Of a stretch of DNA of 64,000 bases, positions 1 to 13,171 are shown in pieces. The position numbers were made by a program, and so were the translations under genes. Within the stretch, counting starts at the first letter, position 1; the number at the start of each line of letters is the position of its first letter. The stretch comes from Octopus vulgaris (taxonomy: Eukaryota). The notes beneath the pieces are model-generated. The model ran no database searches and was not told where the DNA came from. It saw only the letters and a program-made list of their open reading frames with translations. The stretch covers positions 4,836,001 through 4,900,000 of the forward strand of contig OX597819.1 of assembly GCA_951406725.2 (NCBI GenBank). The letters run 5' to 3'.

Positions 1-159
1 CCACACATCCTACAAAGGGGTGATTCGCTGTTCTTATCTATTTGGAACTTGGTGTACTTAGTTCTCAGAGCTAGTTCCTGGGCATTGCCTTATCATGCCT
101 CAGTGCATCCTTTCAGATGACTTTTTTCTTTGCCATCTCCAAAAGTATGGAGTAACTCT

Positions 160-560
160 CTTTACTCTTTTACTCTTTTACTTGTTTCAGTCATTTGACT
201 GCGGCCATGCTGGAGCACCGGCTTTAGTCGAGCAAATCGACCCCGGGACTTATTCTTTGTAAGCCCAGTACTTATTCTATCGGTCTCTTTTGCCGAACTG
301 CTAAGTGACGGGGACGTAAACACGCCAGCATCGGTTGTCAAGCAATGCTAGGGGGACAAACACAGACACACAAACATGTACACACACATACATATATACG
401 ACAGGCTTCTTTCAGTTTCCGTCTACCAAATCCACTCACAAGGCATTGGTCGGTCCGGGGCTATAGCAGAAGACACTTGCCCAAGATGCCACGCAGTGGA
501 CTGAACCTGGAACCATGTGGTTGGTTAGCAAGCTACTTACCACACAGCCACTTCTGCGCC
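160..560 (-). mobile_element. tRNA-derived SINE (family A), full-length copy
   Basis: Reverse complement begins GGCGCAGAAGTGGCTGTGTGGTAAG...GGTTCAGTCC (pol III A/B-box-like head) and ends in an (AGTAAAAG)n tail; close copies recur at least six times in the window. Confidence 0.85.
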
Positions 561-745
561 TATTAATTGTAAGAAAAATATAAACAGATAAATATAAGAT
601 AGAGGGTATAAGATGGATAATAAAAAAAAGAACATTAATAATATAAATAGGAAAATATAAGGGTATGAAATAAAGTTTTCTATAAAACTATTCAATGTTT
701 AGCAGAACAGCTTGAGAAGAAAAGGCATAAAATAAGCGGTGATAT

Positions 746-1146
746 ACTCTTTACTTGTTTCAGTCATTTGACTGCTGCCATGCTGGAGCACCGCCTTTGG
801 TCGAGCACATCGACCCCAGGAATTATTCTTTGTAAGCCCAGTACTTATTTTATAGGTCTCTTTTTGCCGAACCGCTAAGTAACGGGGACATAAACACACC
901 AGCATCGGTTGTCAAGCAATGCTAGGGGACAAACACAGACACACAAACATATACACACATATACATATATATATACAAATATACAACAGGCTTCTTTCAG
1001 TTTCCGTCTACCAAATCCACTCACAAGGCTTTGGTCGGCCCGAGGCTATAGTAGAAGACACTTGCCCAAGGTGCCACGCAGTGGGACTGAACCCGGAACC
1101 ATGTGGTTGGTAGACAGGCTACTTACCACACAGCCACTCGTGCGCC
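746..1146 (-). mobile_element. tRNA-derived SINE (family A)
   Basis: High similarity to 160-560 and 44411-44790. Confidence 0.85.
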
Positions 1147-1493
1147 TTCAGATTGATGCAAATTTTTTTTTAATTATAACTAATATGTGTGTATATATAT
1201 ATATATATATGTGTGTGTGGTGAATTGGTATGGAAATGTTAGAGTGTTGAACTGCCTGCATGTTCTAGCTCACTGCATTCTGAATGTGATATCTGCAAGG
1301 ACACTGGTGTCATGCTGTATTGGCCCTTTCTTTCCTTTGGATAACATTGGCTGTGGGGAAGTGGAGGATTTACATGCTCTTCTAAGAAAAAAAGAAAACT
1401 TTGCTTAGGCCTGTGCTTTGGGAAACTTTCCAGATGCTGATAATCAAAATGTCTATAATAGACTAGAAAAATGTATGCTGAAATATACATGCA

Positions 1494-1496
<3 letters not shown>

Positions 1497-1534
<38 letters not shown>

Positions 1535-1574
1535 TGACAAACAGACAAGGCAGGCTGACAGACAGACAGACAGC

Positions 1575-1660
<86 letters not shown>

Positions 1661-1681
1661 CAGAGACAGACAGACAGATAT
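1497..1681. repeat. Compound microsatellite (GT)n/(GACA)n/(GATA)n
   Basis: Direct reading. Confidence 0.95.
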
Positions 1682-2569
1682 ACAGCTATGTTTTATCTCT
1701 GTAGGTTGAAGGAAATTTGGGTTGCTCTGGTTTTTGGTCTCATTAGATCTTCATTTGCAAAAAATAATGAAAAAAAACTATGCATAACCTGTCTGCAAAC
1801 TTGTAGCTTATAACAATTACCATATTGGCATCCTCTTTTCTATGTCCCATTTAGTCCAAAACAAGTCCCAGACATGTCAGCAAAACAGTGGTGCCTAATG
1901 TTTATGTTGCATTGGCCAGAGTTTATTTCAATATATCTACAGAGTCAAATATCTATTCTCAAAAATGAAAACATTCTCTGAACACAAATAAGTGGCTGGG
2001 ACTTTACAGGCTTATTGTCTCCAGGTTATTGAATTCCCTTGGAAATTGAAAGTACAACTCAGTAAAATAAAATGGCTCAGCTTCAACTAAAAATTGAACC
2101 TGCATTACAGGCTTGGAGACTGAGAGTTTACTCTGCAGTACTTTTGCTCAAATGTCATACAATCTGTAAATAGCATCAAAGTTGTTTTTATTCAGCTTAA
2201 GTTTGACAATAAATACATATACATCATATTACATCTTGGCAATAAATAAAGCTCTCTGAAAGAGTAAATAAAACCAAATTTATGGCTTAAACCACTCAAG
2301 AAAGTGGGTCAGTTATTTCCTACTTATTTAGGTCTCAAAGTCTCAAAGTAGAAGATCAGTATAATCTTTTGTCTTTATTTTTAGAAATCTATTATGTTTT
2401 TATGCAAAATTAATCAACTCATTTGCTGTTCTTGTTTGAGTAATTTGTTTGCAGGTCTTAAGAACAATTCTAACCAAATTAGTATTTTTGTATTTAAATA
2501 AGAAATTACCAATTAACCTCTAGGTATTCTTTTCATGTTATAAAGTATCACAAAGCAGAGATAAAATTG

Positions 2570-5241
2570 TGCTGTGAGTCAGGATCGCCAGAGAGAGCAG
2601 AGCGCTGTGAGGGACTGCGCCACTTACACCATTGAGGACAAGGATTTTCAGGTGGCGTTCGATGGTTAGTGGTAGACGATAGAATGGCGATGGAAAGATG
2701 AGCCCCCAATGCTGAAGAACAGGGAGAGCTGCTACCAGCGTACCCTGAAAGGTCATGCCAGGGTTGAGTTCGAAGACAAGGTGGATCGAGGAAGGAATCC
2801 TTGTCCTGTGGGAAGAGAAGGTAGTGGGCGGAGTGCTACCTCTGATGGCAGTGGTGCAGCCGACAAAGGGAAAAGTCAGACCGGTGCTGGACTTGAGAGA
2901 GATAAATGAGCATATATCATGCCACACAGGTGGCGAGGTGACAGACGTTTGTGGCAAGGTGTTACGTGCGTGGAGACAGTCAACCAAGGCAGTGACGATT
3001 ATCGACTTGAAATTGGCATACTTGCAGCTCCATGTGAGCAACAAACTGTGGCGATATCAGCTAGTGCAGTATAAAGGGCCTGAAATATTGTTTAACTAGG
3101 CTGGGTTTCGGACTGAATTCCGCTCCGAAGATCATGGTGGCAGTGCTTAAGTCCATCCTAGGGAAAGAGGACAAGATAAGAAAGGCCACCAGTTCCTACA
3201 TAGATGACATTTTGGTGGACGAAACTGTAGTGCCAGCCAACGAGGCATCTGGAGTTCAGACTGATTGCGAAGCCACCGGAGTCGATGGAAGGGGAAGCTG
3301 CGAAGAGATAGATCAGGTGAGTTGGTGTTCTGGAGAGGAAATAAAATCCCAGAGCTGAGTTCCAGCAAGAGAGAGCTGTTCTCGGTGTGTGGGAAGTTGG
3401 TCGGTCACTACTTGATCACTGTATGGCTGCGCACAGCATGCAGTTACACCAAGAGACGAGCGGAGGGGGAGAGTTGGGGTGACAAGGTGGGAGAAGGGAT
3501 GGTGGCGATGATGCGGGAAATCCTAGAGAGGATGAGAGCAGAAGACCTGGTCAAGGGGAAGTGGTATGTGCCCAAGATGGAATGCAGGACCATCTGGTGT
3601 GATGATAGCAGTATAGCGATAGGGGTTGTGTTGGAGATTGAAGGCACTGAGGTGGAGGACGCGGCCTGGCTTCGGAAAGCAGACGACTTTAACCATATTA
3701 ATGTCACCGAATTAGACGCAGTGCTGAAGGGGGTGAACTTGGCCCTGAAATGGGGGCTGCGCTCAATTGAAATAAAGACGGATTCAGTCACTGTGCTTGG
3801 CAGGGTAGGATCAGTGATCAACAGTGAGAGGAGAGTTCGGACGTAAGGTACCACGGAGATGTTGATGAAACGCTGTCTAGGAGTTCTAGGAGAATTGATT
3901 GCCAAGTTCAGACTGAAGCTGAACGTGGTTTTCGTGCCTTCAGAGAGAAACAGGGCAGATGCACAGACCAGGGTGAAAAGGGCATGGTTGGGGGAGCCGG
4001 AGGAGGCAAAGAAAGGGATAGCTGTGGCATGTTGGTTGGATGACTTTGAACTGAAGAGTCTGCACGCTATGCATCACTTGGGTGTGGACAGGACCCTGTA
4101 TCTCGTGAAGATGATTGATGCGACGTCACTAGGAGAAGCATCCGGAAAGTGGTCGGGAGCTGCGACAGGTGTCAGTCCATTGACTCTGCTCCATGTGGGC
4201 ATGAGCAAGGAAACCTTTTGGTGGAGCACAACTGGAAGAGAGTAGCTGTGGATGTGAGGCAGTGTATCTCTCCATGGTCGACTGCAGGCCGGGCCAGCTG
4301 GCCATTTGGAGGGAGTTGAGGATGGGCATTGCTGACGAGATTGCGCAGATTTTGAATGGGATATTTTTAGAGAAGGGTCCCATGGAAGAACTGCTAATGG
4401 ACAACGAGGCAGCTTTTCGTTCGGAAGTGTTGAGGGATATGCACGACCGGTGGAAAGTGTGTCGCTTGTTTAGAGCAGTGTATAGGCCAAGCAGTAATGG
4501 AATCGTAGAGAGGCACCATCAGACAGTCAAGGCCATAGCGGAAAGAGGGCACATTTTGCTGCTGGAAGCAGTTTTCTAGTACAACATGTCTCTCCGATCT
4601 GAACAAGCTGAAGAATCTGTGCCACACAGAGCGCTATTTAAATATGAATGGAGGCATCAAAGTAAAGCACCGGAGTGTTACAAGGAAGAGAAGGGACCCG
4701 CCTGCATGAAAATAAGGGAGGAAGGTGCACTGTATGTCTCAATAAAGCAGAGGAACAGTGCAGCGGTCAATTCCAGAAACAACGTCTCCGTGGATGGAAT
4801 GCCATGACATGTCTTGGACCTTCACAGGATTGTCACTTTGTCGGATGACGATAGTGGAGAGGAGGAGAACGAAGTGCCTAGCCTGAGAAGATCTTGACGC
4901 GCAAGGCACCCTCCCGGTTGGATGGTGGACTTCGACGTGGAGTAGAGAGAATGTGATCTTTAAGATTAGGGTGGCATGTGGGATGACGTCAGCAGCTGGG
5001 GAGCTGACCAGAACTTGGGAGCTGACCAGAAGAGGAAGGACGCAAGAGTGACATACACACAGGCAGGGGATGATTGGGCATTTTCGATCGGATGTGTGAG
5101 TGCTTCGACAAGGTAAGGGAAAAGCAGTTGCTATTTTTAGTGTTTGGGTCGGGCACGTGGAAGGGTGTATTACCACTGGAGAGGTCTGCTTTGACGAAGA
5201 TAAGGTAGGTGTCTTACTTCAAATCTCCCGCATACACCATA
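2570..5241 (+). mobile_element. Degenerate Ty3/Gypsy-like LTR retrotransposon (5'-truncated): RT, RNase H, integrase and 3' LTR
   Basis: Broken ORFs carry RT motifs (KVRPVLDLREIN, IIDLKLAYLQL, SYIDDILV), RNase H (IWCDDSS...HINVTELDAV...IKTDS) and DDE integrase (LLMDNEAAFRS...YRPSSNGIVERHHQTVK). A purine-rich tract precedes the LTR at 4977. Multiple stops and frameshifts. Confidence 0.9.
4977..5241 (+). mobile_element. 3' LTR of the Gypsy-like element
   Basis: Starts TGTGGGATGACGTCAGC and ends ...CACCA(TA); homologous along its length to 19432-19709. Confidence 0.85.
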
Positions 5242-5393
5242 TAAATTATGGAATTTATCAAGTTAAAACCAATATTAAATTAATACATTGTATCTCTAAC
5301 TTAAATTAATTAACCTTTCATAAGCTATTAATCATATATTCTCAAGTTATGTGCCTAAATTAAAGTTTTAGTAAACTATATATAATATATACT

Positions 5394-5762
5394 ACATGAG
5401 TTGCTGTGTGGTAAGTAGCTTGCTAACCAACCACATGGTTTGGGGTTCAGTCCCATTGCATGGTATCTTGGGCAAGTGTCTTCTGTTATAGCCCCGGGCC
5501 GACCAATGCCTTGTGAGTGGATTTGGTAGACGGAAACTGAAAGAAGCCCATCGTATATATGTATATATATATGTATGTGTTTGTCCCCCTAGCATTGCTT
5601 GACAACCGATGCTGGTGTGTTTACGTCCCCATCACTTAGCGGTTCGGCAAAAAAGACCGATAGAATAAGTACTGGGCTTACAAAGAATAAGTCCCGGGGT
5701 CGACTTGCTAGACTAAAGGCGGTGCTCCAGCATGGCCGCAGTCAAATGACTGAAACAAGTAA
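5394..5762 (+). mobile_element. tRNA-derived SINE (family A)
   Basis: Same head, body and tail as the other family A copies. Confidence 0.85.
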
Positions 5763-5961
5763 AAAAAAAATACTGTTATCTGTACATAAAACCTTATATT
5801 CATATTAACCATTTAATTTATACTTTAATATCAATATGATATCTATTAAGAATAATCTAATCATTTCAGTTACTGTTGTATGCATATTAATCATGAGATA
5901 CCTCCTGATTCAAGGTTCCAGTCACCCTACAATTACACCTAATTTATTCTTTAAATTACAT

Positions 5962-6215
5962 CTAATGGTAATTTCTGAAAACATATTTACAAGCATGAGC
6001 ACATGAAAAATCAGTCTCCCCCCTCACATTCAGGAGTCGACACCTTAGATACAAGATTTGGAAAAGTTCCTCCATACAGAGAAAACAAAAGGCGTTTCCA
6101 ACTTTATACATACTAGCCTTGCTTACACTCTCCCACTTCACAGAAAAGCTTTTATTCCTGTCTTTTAATTCCCACATAAATTCACTGAAGCTGGTACAAG
6201 ATGACTTGTTTCTAT
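5962..6215 (-). mobile_element. Penelope-like element C-terminal (GIY-YIG region) fragment
   Basis: Translation TSFSEFMWELKDRNKSFSVKWESVSKASMY...CFLCMEE resembles the LSxYIWxLK...IKW...CxLCxxE tail of PLE ORFs. Confidence 0.6.
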
Positions 6216-6790
6216 TACTGCGTGGCACCTTGTACAAGTGTCTTCTACTGTAGCCTTGGGCCGATCAAAGCCTTGTGGATTTAGTAGAAGGAAACTGAAA
6301 GAAGCCCATCGTATATATATATATATATACACACACACACAAAGTACGGGGCTTTTAGTTCACAGGTGATCTAAACAATTAGGTACACTAGGTAAGTGCT
6401 GTAACGGATTACTACAGCTCCAAGGTTTGCGCCTTTTGTGTCTGGATGTTTACAATATCAGGATTTTAACCCACAAGGGTCTACGTAGGTTTGCACCTAA
6501 GGATTTATGCCTTTGTTTCTACAAGATCTGAAAGTTGAACTATGAACTTTAATGCTTCTTTTTTCTTCTCTCTTTTCATCTCTTTATTCCTTAACTCCTT
6601 TCCTCCAGGTCATCATTCCATTAATATATCCCCCCTTCTCATTTTCCCTATTTGTCTCTGATGACAGAATATCCTGTACCCAGGGATATCCCAGAAACAG
6701 CTGTAAGACTTTGAATTTTTTCCTATAATAATAATGTATAGGACTTGAGATGTTTGCCCTGCCTTAACATTTGTTGTCCTCTTTAACAAT

Positions 6791-6823
<33 letters not shown>

Positions 6824-6961
6824 TAGGATATTATAACACTTATATATACAATTTTATGCATGAATAAAGTTCTTACAACTTTTCAACATCTTATCTCCTC
6901 CATTTTTGACAAATATGATTGGATTTGTAGAACTTCATTCCATAAATTAATCATTTTTTTT

Positions 6962-7311
6962 TTTTATGTGCCACCGACACAGGTGCCAGACGAGGCTGGC
7001 AGACAGCCACGCCCGAAAACACCATCCGAGCATGGCCGTCTGCCAGCCTCGTCTGGCACCTGTGTCGGTGGCACATAAAAAAACACCATCCGAGCGTGGC
7101 CGTTCGCCAGCCTCGTCTGGCACCTGTGTCGGTGGCACATAAAATCACCCACTACACTCTCAGAGTGGTTGGCGTTAGGAAGGGCATCCAGCTGTAGAAA
7201 CACTGCCAGATCTGACTGACCTGGTGCAGCCTTCGGGCTTGCCAGACCCCAGTTGAACCGTCCAACCCATGCTAGCATAGAAAGCGGACGTTAAACGATG
7301 ATGATGATGAT
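6962..7311 (+). mobile_element. SINE/LINE-tail repeat (family B) with internal ~60-bp subrepeats and a (GAT)n tail
   Basis: Contains GTGGTTGGCGTTAGGAAGGGCATCCAGCTGTAGAAA...GGACGTTAAACGATGATG, shared with 9770-10035, 24329-24751 and 31295-31478. Confidence 0.8.
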
Positions 7312-7545
7312 ATAATAGAAATATTAAAATTACTAAGTCTCTCTAAAGGAGATTACGGCAGCATAACTGGAAATTAATAGTTATCGCCATACTAATATGG
7401 CAGTCTTATAAATATAAGACTAAAGCTGTCGCTGATTGGCTCCAAGAGGCCACCGCCTCAAGCTAGCTATTTGACACACAGCCTGCGTCCATTATAAACC
7501 TTCGAACAGGGGAGGTCAGCCGCTTCATCCTGCCAGTCAGACAGC

Positions 7546-7583
<38 letters not shown>

Positions 7584-8294
7584 TTCAGCAAAAATTTAGA
7601 TTCAAATGAATATGGTACTTAATTTAGATGCACCAGAATTTTGTATGGTGTTATCCATAAAAATTTGCAGGGTGATTATAATCAAAAATAAGCAACAAGA
7701 ATGACTCCGTTAATTTGGTACAATTGTTTCACACTACATCATTTTATTAAAAGTTGTAAGTATTACAACAGATTTAAGATGCTGAGTGTTCATCAGCCAA
7801 TTAAATAGGTTTTCCATTAATATAAAAGCTTTCAAATCAAGTAGCAACATTTTAGAGACGGTAGATATACAGACAAAGATGTAGATTTAGATTTTAAGAA
7901 CATATGAGGTAGTGAAGTCGTTTTCGTTGCTGGCATGGGTTACATGATTTCACTGAGAACTAGTAAGCTGGGGAGCTGCACCAGGTTCCAGTCTGATTTG
8001 GGATGGTTCCTACTGCTGGATGCCCTTCCTAACACCAACCACTCCAAGAGTATAGTGGGTGCTTTTTACATGCCACCAGCATGGGTGCCAGTTACAAAAC
8101 ACCAGTATCAGCCACAACTATGATTTCACTGGGTTTGACGGGGCTTCCCAAACACAGAATATCACCCACTGGCACATAACACTGACATCAGCCACAACTG
8201 TAATTTCACTAGGCTTAATGGATCTTCTCAAGCACAGCATGTTGCCAAAGGTCTCAGTCACTTGTCATTGCCTCTGTGAGGCCCAACAGTTAAT

Positions 8295-8556
8295 AATCAT
8301 GCTTCACCTGCTCATCCCATGTCTTCGTGGGTCTACCTCTTCAAGAGGTTCCCTCCACTTCTTCACACAGCTTTCCTCGTCCATATGCATCACATAACCA
8401 TACCAGCTCAGTTGTCTCCCTTGTGCATGATATCCGATGTCTCTTATGCCCAACTTTTCTCTCAAGATACTTACACTCTGTTGTACATGCACACTGACAT
8501 TGTACATCCAGCGAAGCATACTAGCTTCATTTCTTTCAAGCCTTCACATGTCCTCA
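8295..8556 (-). mobile_element. RTE-type LINE 3' fragment
   Basis: MLRWMYNVSVH...LREKLGIRDI...QLSWYGYVMHMDEESCVK matches the RTE C-terminal R-L-x-W-x-G-H-V-x-R-M region. Confidence 0.7.
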
Positions 8557-8868
8557 TCAATATATATATATATATATATTCAACAATATAGGAATGGCCC
8601 TGATAGGCCATTCGACTCACTAGAAAGAGCAGCCAAACTCAAACCGCTAAATAGTTGTAATTCTGAAATTGGAAGAGAAATAAAAACATTTACCCCTTTT
8701 CATCTCTGCAGCAGAGAAGCCTAGGATGAGAATATGTCCACGAGGCTACAACAAGGAAGCCTCAAGCCAATATGCTCTAAATTTTCAAAATCCACCGCTA
8801 CCACACAGTTTTCTTAGCAGTAAATATAAACTGCTGATTTAATTTCAAAATTAGCTAAAAAATCATTA

Positions 8869-8936
8869 ATTAATAAATATCAGGGTAGCAAAAAAACTTT
8901 TTCTAGAATTTTTTTGCTACCCTGATATTTATTAAT
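8869..8936. repeat. Perfect 28-bp inverted repeat with a 12-nt loop
   Basis: ATTAATAAATATCAGGGTAGCAAAAAAA / TTTTTTTGCTACCCTGATATTTATTAAT. Confidence 0.95.
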
Positions 8937-9769
8937 ATATATATATATATATAGATATATATGCATGTATGTGTGTGTATGTAAATAGATAGACAAACAC
9001 ACACACACATTTATTGTGTCAGAAAATGACAATCTACTCAAGATTTACCTTCCAGCTGCTCATGTTTCTTGCATTCAGGCCACCAGACAAGAAGGTGAAA
9101 CTTGAGTAGTCTGTCATATACAATTCAATCTTTCCACTCAAGCTCAAGAACTGAATTCTATATCAGATAATGTTTGCAACATGTACAAGTTATATTTTCA
9201 TATATTTTACAATTGTTACATTATGATATTTTATATATACATGTGTATATACAGACAAACTTATATATACATATATGCACACAAACATAAATTAATTCCG
9301 CCGAGGTCGACTTTGCCTTTCATCCTTTCAGGGTCGATAAATTAAGTACCAGTTATGCACTGGGGTTGATATAATCGACTTAATCCGTTTGTCCTTGTTT
9401 GTCCTGTCTGTGTTTAGCCCCTTGTGGGTAGTAAAGAAATAGGATACACAAGAAGGATTATGTATGATGAGTGATGGAACTGAACAAGAACCAGCTCAGC
9501 CTGACGTACAGAAGGATTTTATGAGTCCCTCAGAAAATCTGAAATCCAAATTTAAACTAAATGTAAAAAAAATCAACAACAGCAATCAATTTAAAAAGTA
9601 TAGCAACTTTGAAATGACATTAACTATGAGTTCAAATATCAGAGAATTGTACAAATTAGGTACATTTATCCTTGTTTGTGAAGGGTGATTTCTTCCCCTA
9701 AAACCATTGTGTTGAATGAATCAGTAATAAATGAGTAATAGAACATTGAGCCCAGTACTCAACTCAACC

Positions 9770-10035
9770 TCGTCTGGTCCTGTGCCGGTGGCACGTAAAG
9801 AGCACCATCCGATCGTGGCCGTTTGCCAGTCTTGTCTGGCACCTGTGCAGGTGGCACGTAAAAAGTACCCACTACACTCATGGAGTGGTTGGCGTTAGGA
9901 AGGGCATCCAGCTGTAGAAACACTGCCAGATCAGACTGGGCCTGGCGCAGCCTTCTGGCTTCCCAAACCCCAATTGAACCGTCCAACCCATGCTAGCATG
10001 GAAAACGGACGTTAAACGATGATGATGATGATGAT
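9770..10035 (+). mobile_element. Family B SINE/LINE-tail repeat
   Basis: Homologous to 6962-7311; has the (GAT)n tail. Confidence 0.8.
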
Positions 10036-10172
10036 ATATATATATATATATATAGTTTCAGATCAGAGCTGCGGCCATGCTGATGCACCACCGTTTTACA
10101 CTACACTGTTATTACTAGGAGCTTCCTCTAATATGTGGCACTTGATGAAGAATGGATTTGATATAGCTACCC

Positions 10173-11520
10173 TCATTTGCACCTCTTGCCGTGAGGTAAG
10201 CTCATCTGGGACTCTGTCTGTAGCACACTTCCCACCATCAAAGTTTCAAGGCATGCCAGCAGTGTACCATCAACCGCCGGCAATGTCCCGTTCTTTTTCT
10301 TTTTTCTTTTTCTCCCCTTTGCTATAGGAGGGTGTGGTACCACTGCTTTATCCAGAGGATCTCCCTCCCATCCTGCAGCTTTAGGGTCATTTGGTGGGCA
10401 ACCATTGTTGCCCACCTTCTTTCTTTTTTTTCCTTTTTCCAAGGCAGTCTTCACCTCCTCGACTGCCTCCATCTCTCCCTTGGATGGGGCAGCGGGGGCC
10501 ACGGCTTCTATTAACTGCTCCAGTATCTTACCATGGTCCTCGGGGCAGTTTTTCATAATGTGGCCCAGTACCAAGCACAGGTTACACAGGTTACACAGGT
10601 TACACTTGAGGGGGCTCCCTCAAGAATCACCGGATACCTAGAACCGGCCATCCTCAAAAAATCTGGAAAAAACCAGATCATTTACTGATTGGGCCCACAG
10701 GGTCAAAACTGCTTTCAACTCCACCTAATTAGCCACAGGCAACAATTAAACATTTAGGAGCTTTGCTCTGCAGCCACCCAGACCCCGACGGATAGTGTCT
10801 TCTATCCACTCGGGTTTTATCCCAGTTGGCAGCCCACAGACCCAAGCTCTTGTTAATTTCTTCCCACAATATGTGGGAAGAAACAGAATTTTTTGCCCTT
10901 CTAAGGACTGACTCACAAAATTGCGAGCTTCCTCAGGGGTGTCAAATAGCAACCACATCATTGCATATTTGACACCCCTGACAATAAACTTAATAGTTGG
11001 CAGATATTCTGCCAACTCTTTCTCAATTTCAATTTGAGAGAACACAGTAATGGTGTTGAAACTTGGAATATATCCTCAACACCACCGTTCTCTCGTTGAA
11101 GTTTTTTACCCACTGCTTGGTGGGTACAATCCTTCACTCCAACGCAGTGTTTATCTTTTTTGCCATGCTTGCAGAAAAGAAAGAACGGTCCAAAAATGTT
11201 CAACCAAAAAGTCCAAACAAAGTCAAAAACACAAAAAAAAAGAACAGAAAGACAGAGCAGAGAAAAAGAACGAAGGAAGACCATTCAAGTCACCACAACA
11301 CAAATACAGCCACTCGGTAATCCTGACCCACAGGTATTCCAAAAAAAGAGTACTCCACACAGGTACTCCAGGTCACAGTAGCAGCAGGAACACACAAAAA
11401 AATCCTCCATGTATTGGTTGAATTTTCACAAATTTTGGTGGCGAGACACGCCCACCAAACAACAACTCTCACAGCCAAGTGAGTCACTCAGCGTGACCAC
11501 AGCAGACAAATGTCCAAGAC
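10173..11520 (-). mobile_element. Degenerate non-LTR retrotransposon 5' end and gag-like ORF1 (L1/Tx1-like)
   Basis: ORF1 fragments FLPTYCGKKLTRAWVCGLPTGIKPEWI and a zinc-knuckle remnant C..CLVLGHIMKNCP; related to 18815-19400 and 14720-16300. Confidence 0.6.
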
Positions 11521-11823
11521 CCAGTGAGGATTTCTTATTCGGAAAAAAACAAACCCCACTGAATCTCCCAAAAAACAGATGCCTACTTTAAAGTTGCACC
11601 TTCAAATTTTCTTCACTTCAGGACACCTACAAAAGCATGTCTTGACAGTGTTCAACTTTGGAAGCAACTAACAAACGCATGCGTAAGCAGGCTACTTACC
11701 ACATACTCACTCCTGCACCTATAAATTCTCAAGCCATTAAGTTACAGAGATGTAAAAGAACAAACTCCAGTTGTCAAACAGTGGCGGGAAACACATACAA
11801 CACACACACACCACATGTATCCA

Positions 11824-12170
<347 letters not shown>

Positions 12171-12509
12171 AACAGGCTTTCTATCTATCAAATCAATACA
12201 GGAGGCAAGTTGCCATGCAGTGGAATTGAACCCAAGTCCACATGGTTGGGAAACAAGCTTTTGAACCACACAGCCATACTCACACTTTTTTATTGCTTTG
12301 TTTTTGCTTAGCAATAAATTACTAACAAACTATTCATTCTCTGACGTCACATCCACAGAATTTGCACTTTATCTCAATCAGCCGAGGCTTCAAACACCCA
12401 ATTACATAATGTTAACAAGCCATTCATTTCAGAATCTCTAAAGATATATTTTCTCACATTTATCGCTCATTATGGAGAAAGTTTAGAAGGATACTTTTAG
12501 AAAAAGATA

Positions 12510-12921
12510 GGCGTAGGAGTGGCTGTGTGGTAAGTAACTTGCTTACCAACCACATGGTTCCGGGTTCAGTCCCACTGCTTGGCATCTTGGGCAAGTGTCT
12601 TCCACTATAGCCTTGGGCCGACCAAAGCCTTGTGAGTGGATTTGGTAGACGGAAACTGAAAGAAGCCCATCGTATATTTGTATACATATATATATGGATG
12701 TGTGTGTGTATGTGTTTGTGTGTCTGTGTTTGTCCCCCCGACATTGCTTGAACCGATGCTGGTGTGTTTACGTCCCCGTAACTTAGCAGTTCGACAAAAG
12801 AGACCAATAGAATAAGTACTAGGCTTACAAAGAATAAATCCTGGGGTTGATTTGCTTGACCAAAGGCGGTGCTCCAGCATGGCAGCAGTCAAATGACTGA
12901 AACAAGTAAAAGAGTAAAAGA
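12510..12921 (+). mobile_element. tRNA-derived SINE (family A)
   Basis: GGCGTAGGAGTGGCTGTGTGGTAAG head and (AGTAAAAG) tail. Confidence 0.85.
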
Positions 12922-13171
12922 GCTCACAGTTTAAAATATGACAGGATTTGCTGAAAATTTGCATCACATAATGAAGATAATTAGCAACTGATTAGTCTAA
13001 ACGTGCTGGTTTCAAAACCTTGTTCATATCTTTTTTCTTCATACCAATATTGAAAATATCATTCAGCTTTGAGTTACTATGAGCTATATTTTATCTTTCT
13101 CATTTTATCACTTTTCCTCTCTCTTGCTCACTCTCCTCATCTGCACGCGAGTGTGTGTGTGTGTGTGTGTG

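Noticed and set aside
345-1223. Recurrent ORFs with 'ASFSFRLPNPLTR' or 'LDALPNANH'
   Set aside because: They are chance frames in multi-copy SINEs with no coding signature.
9443-9688. Exon-like open frame (DTQEGLCMMSDGTEQEPAQPDVQKDF...)
   Set aside because: No recognisable domain, the putative acceptor lies in a SINE tail, and I found no partner exons. It cannot be excluded without RNA-seq.
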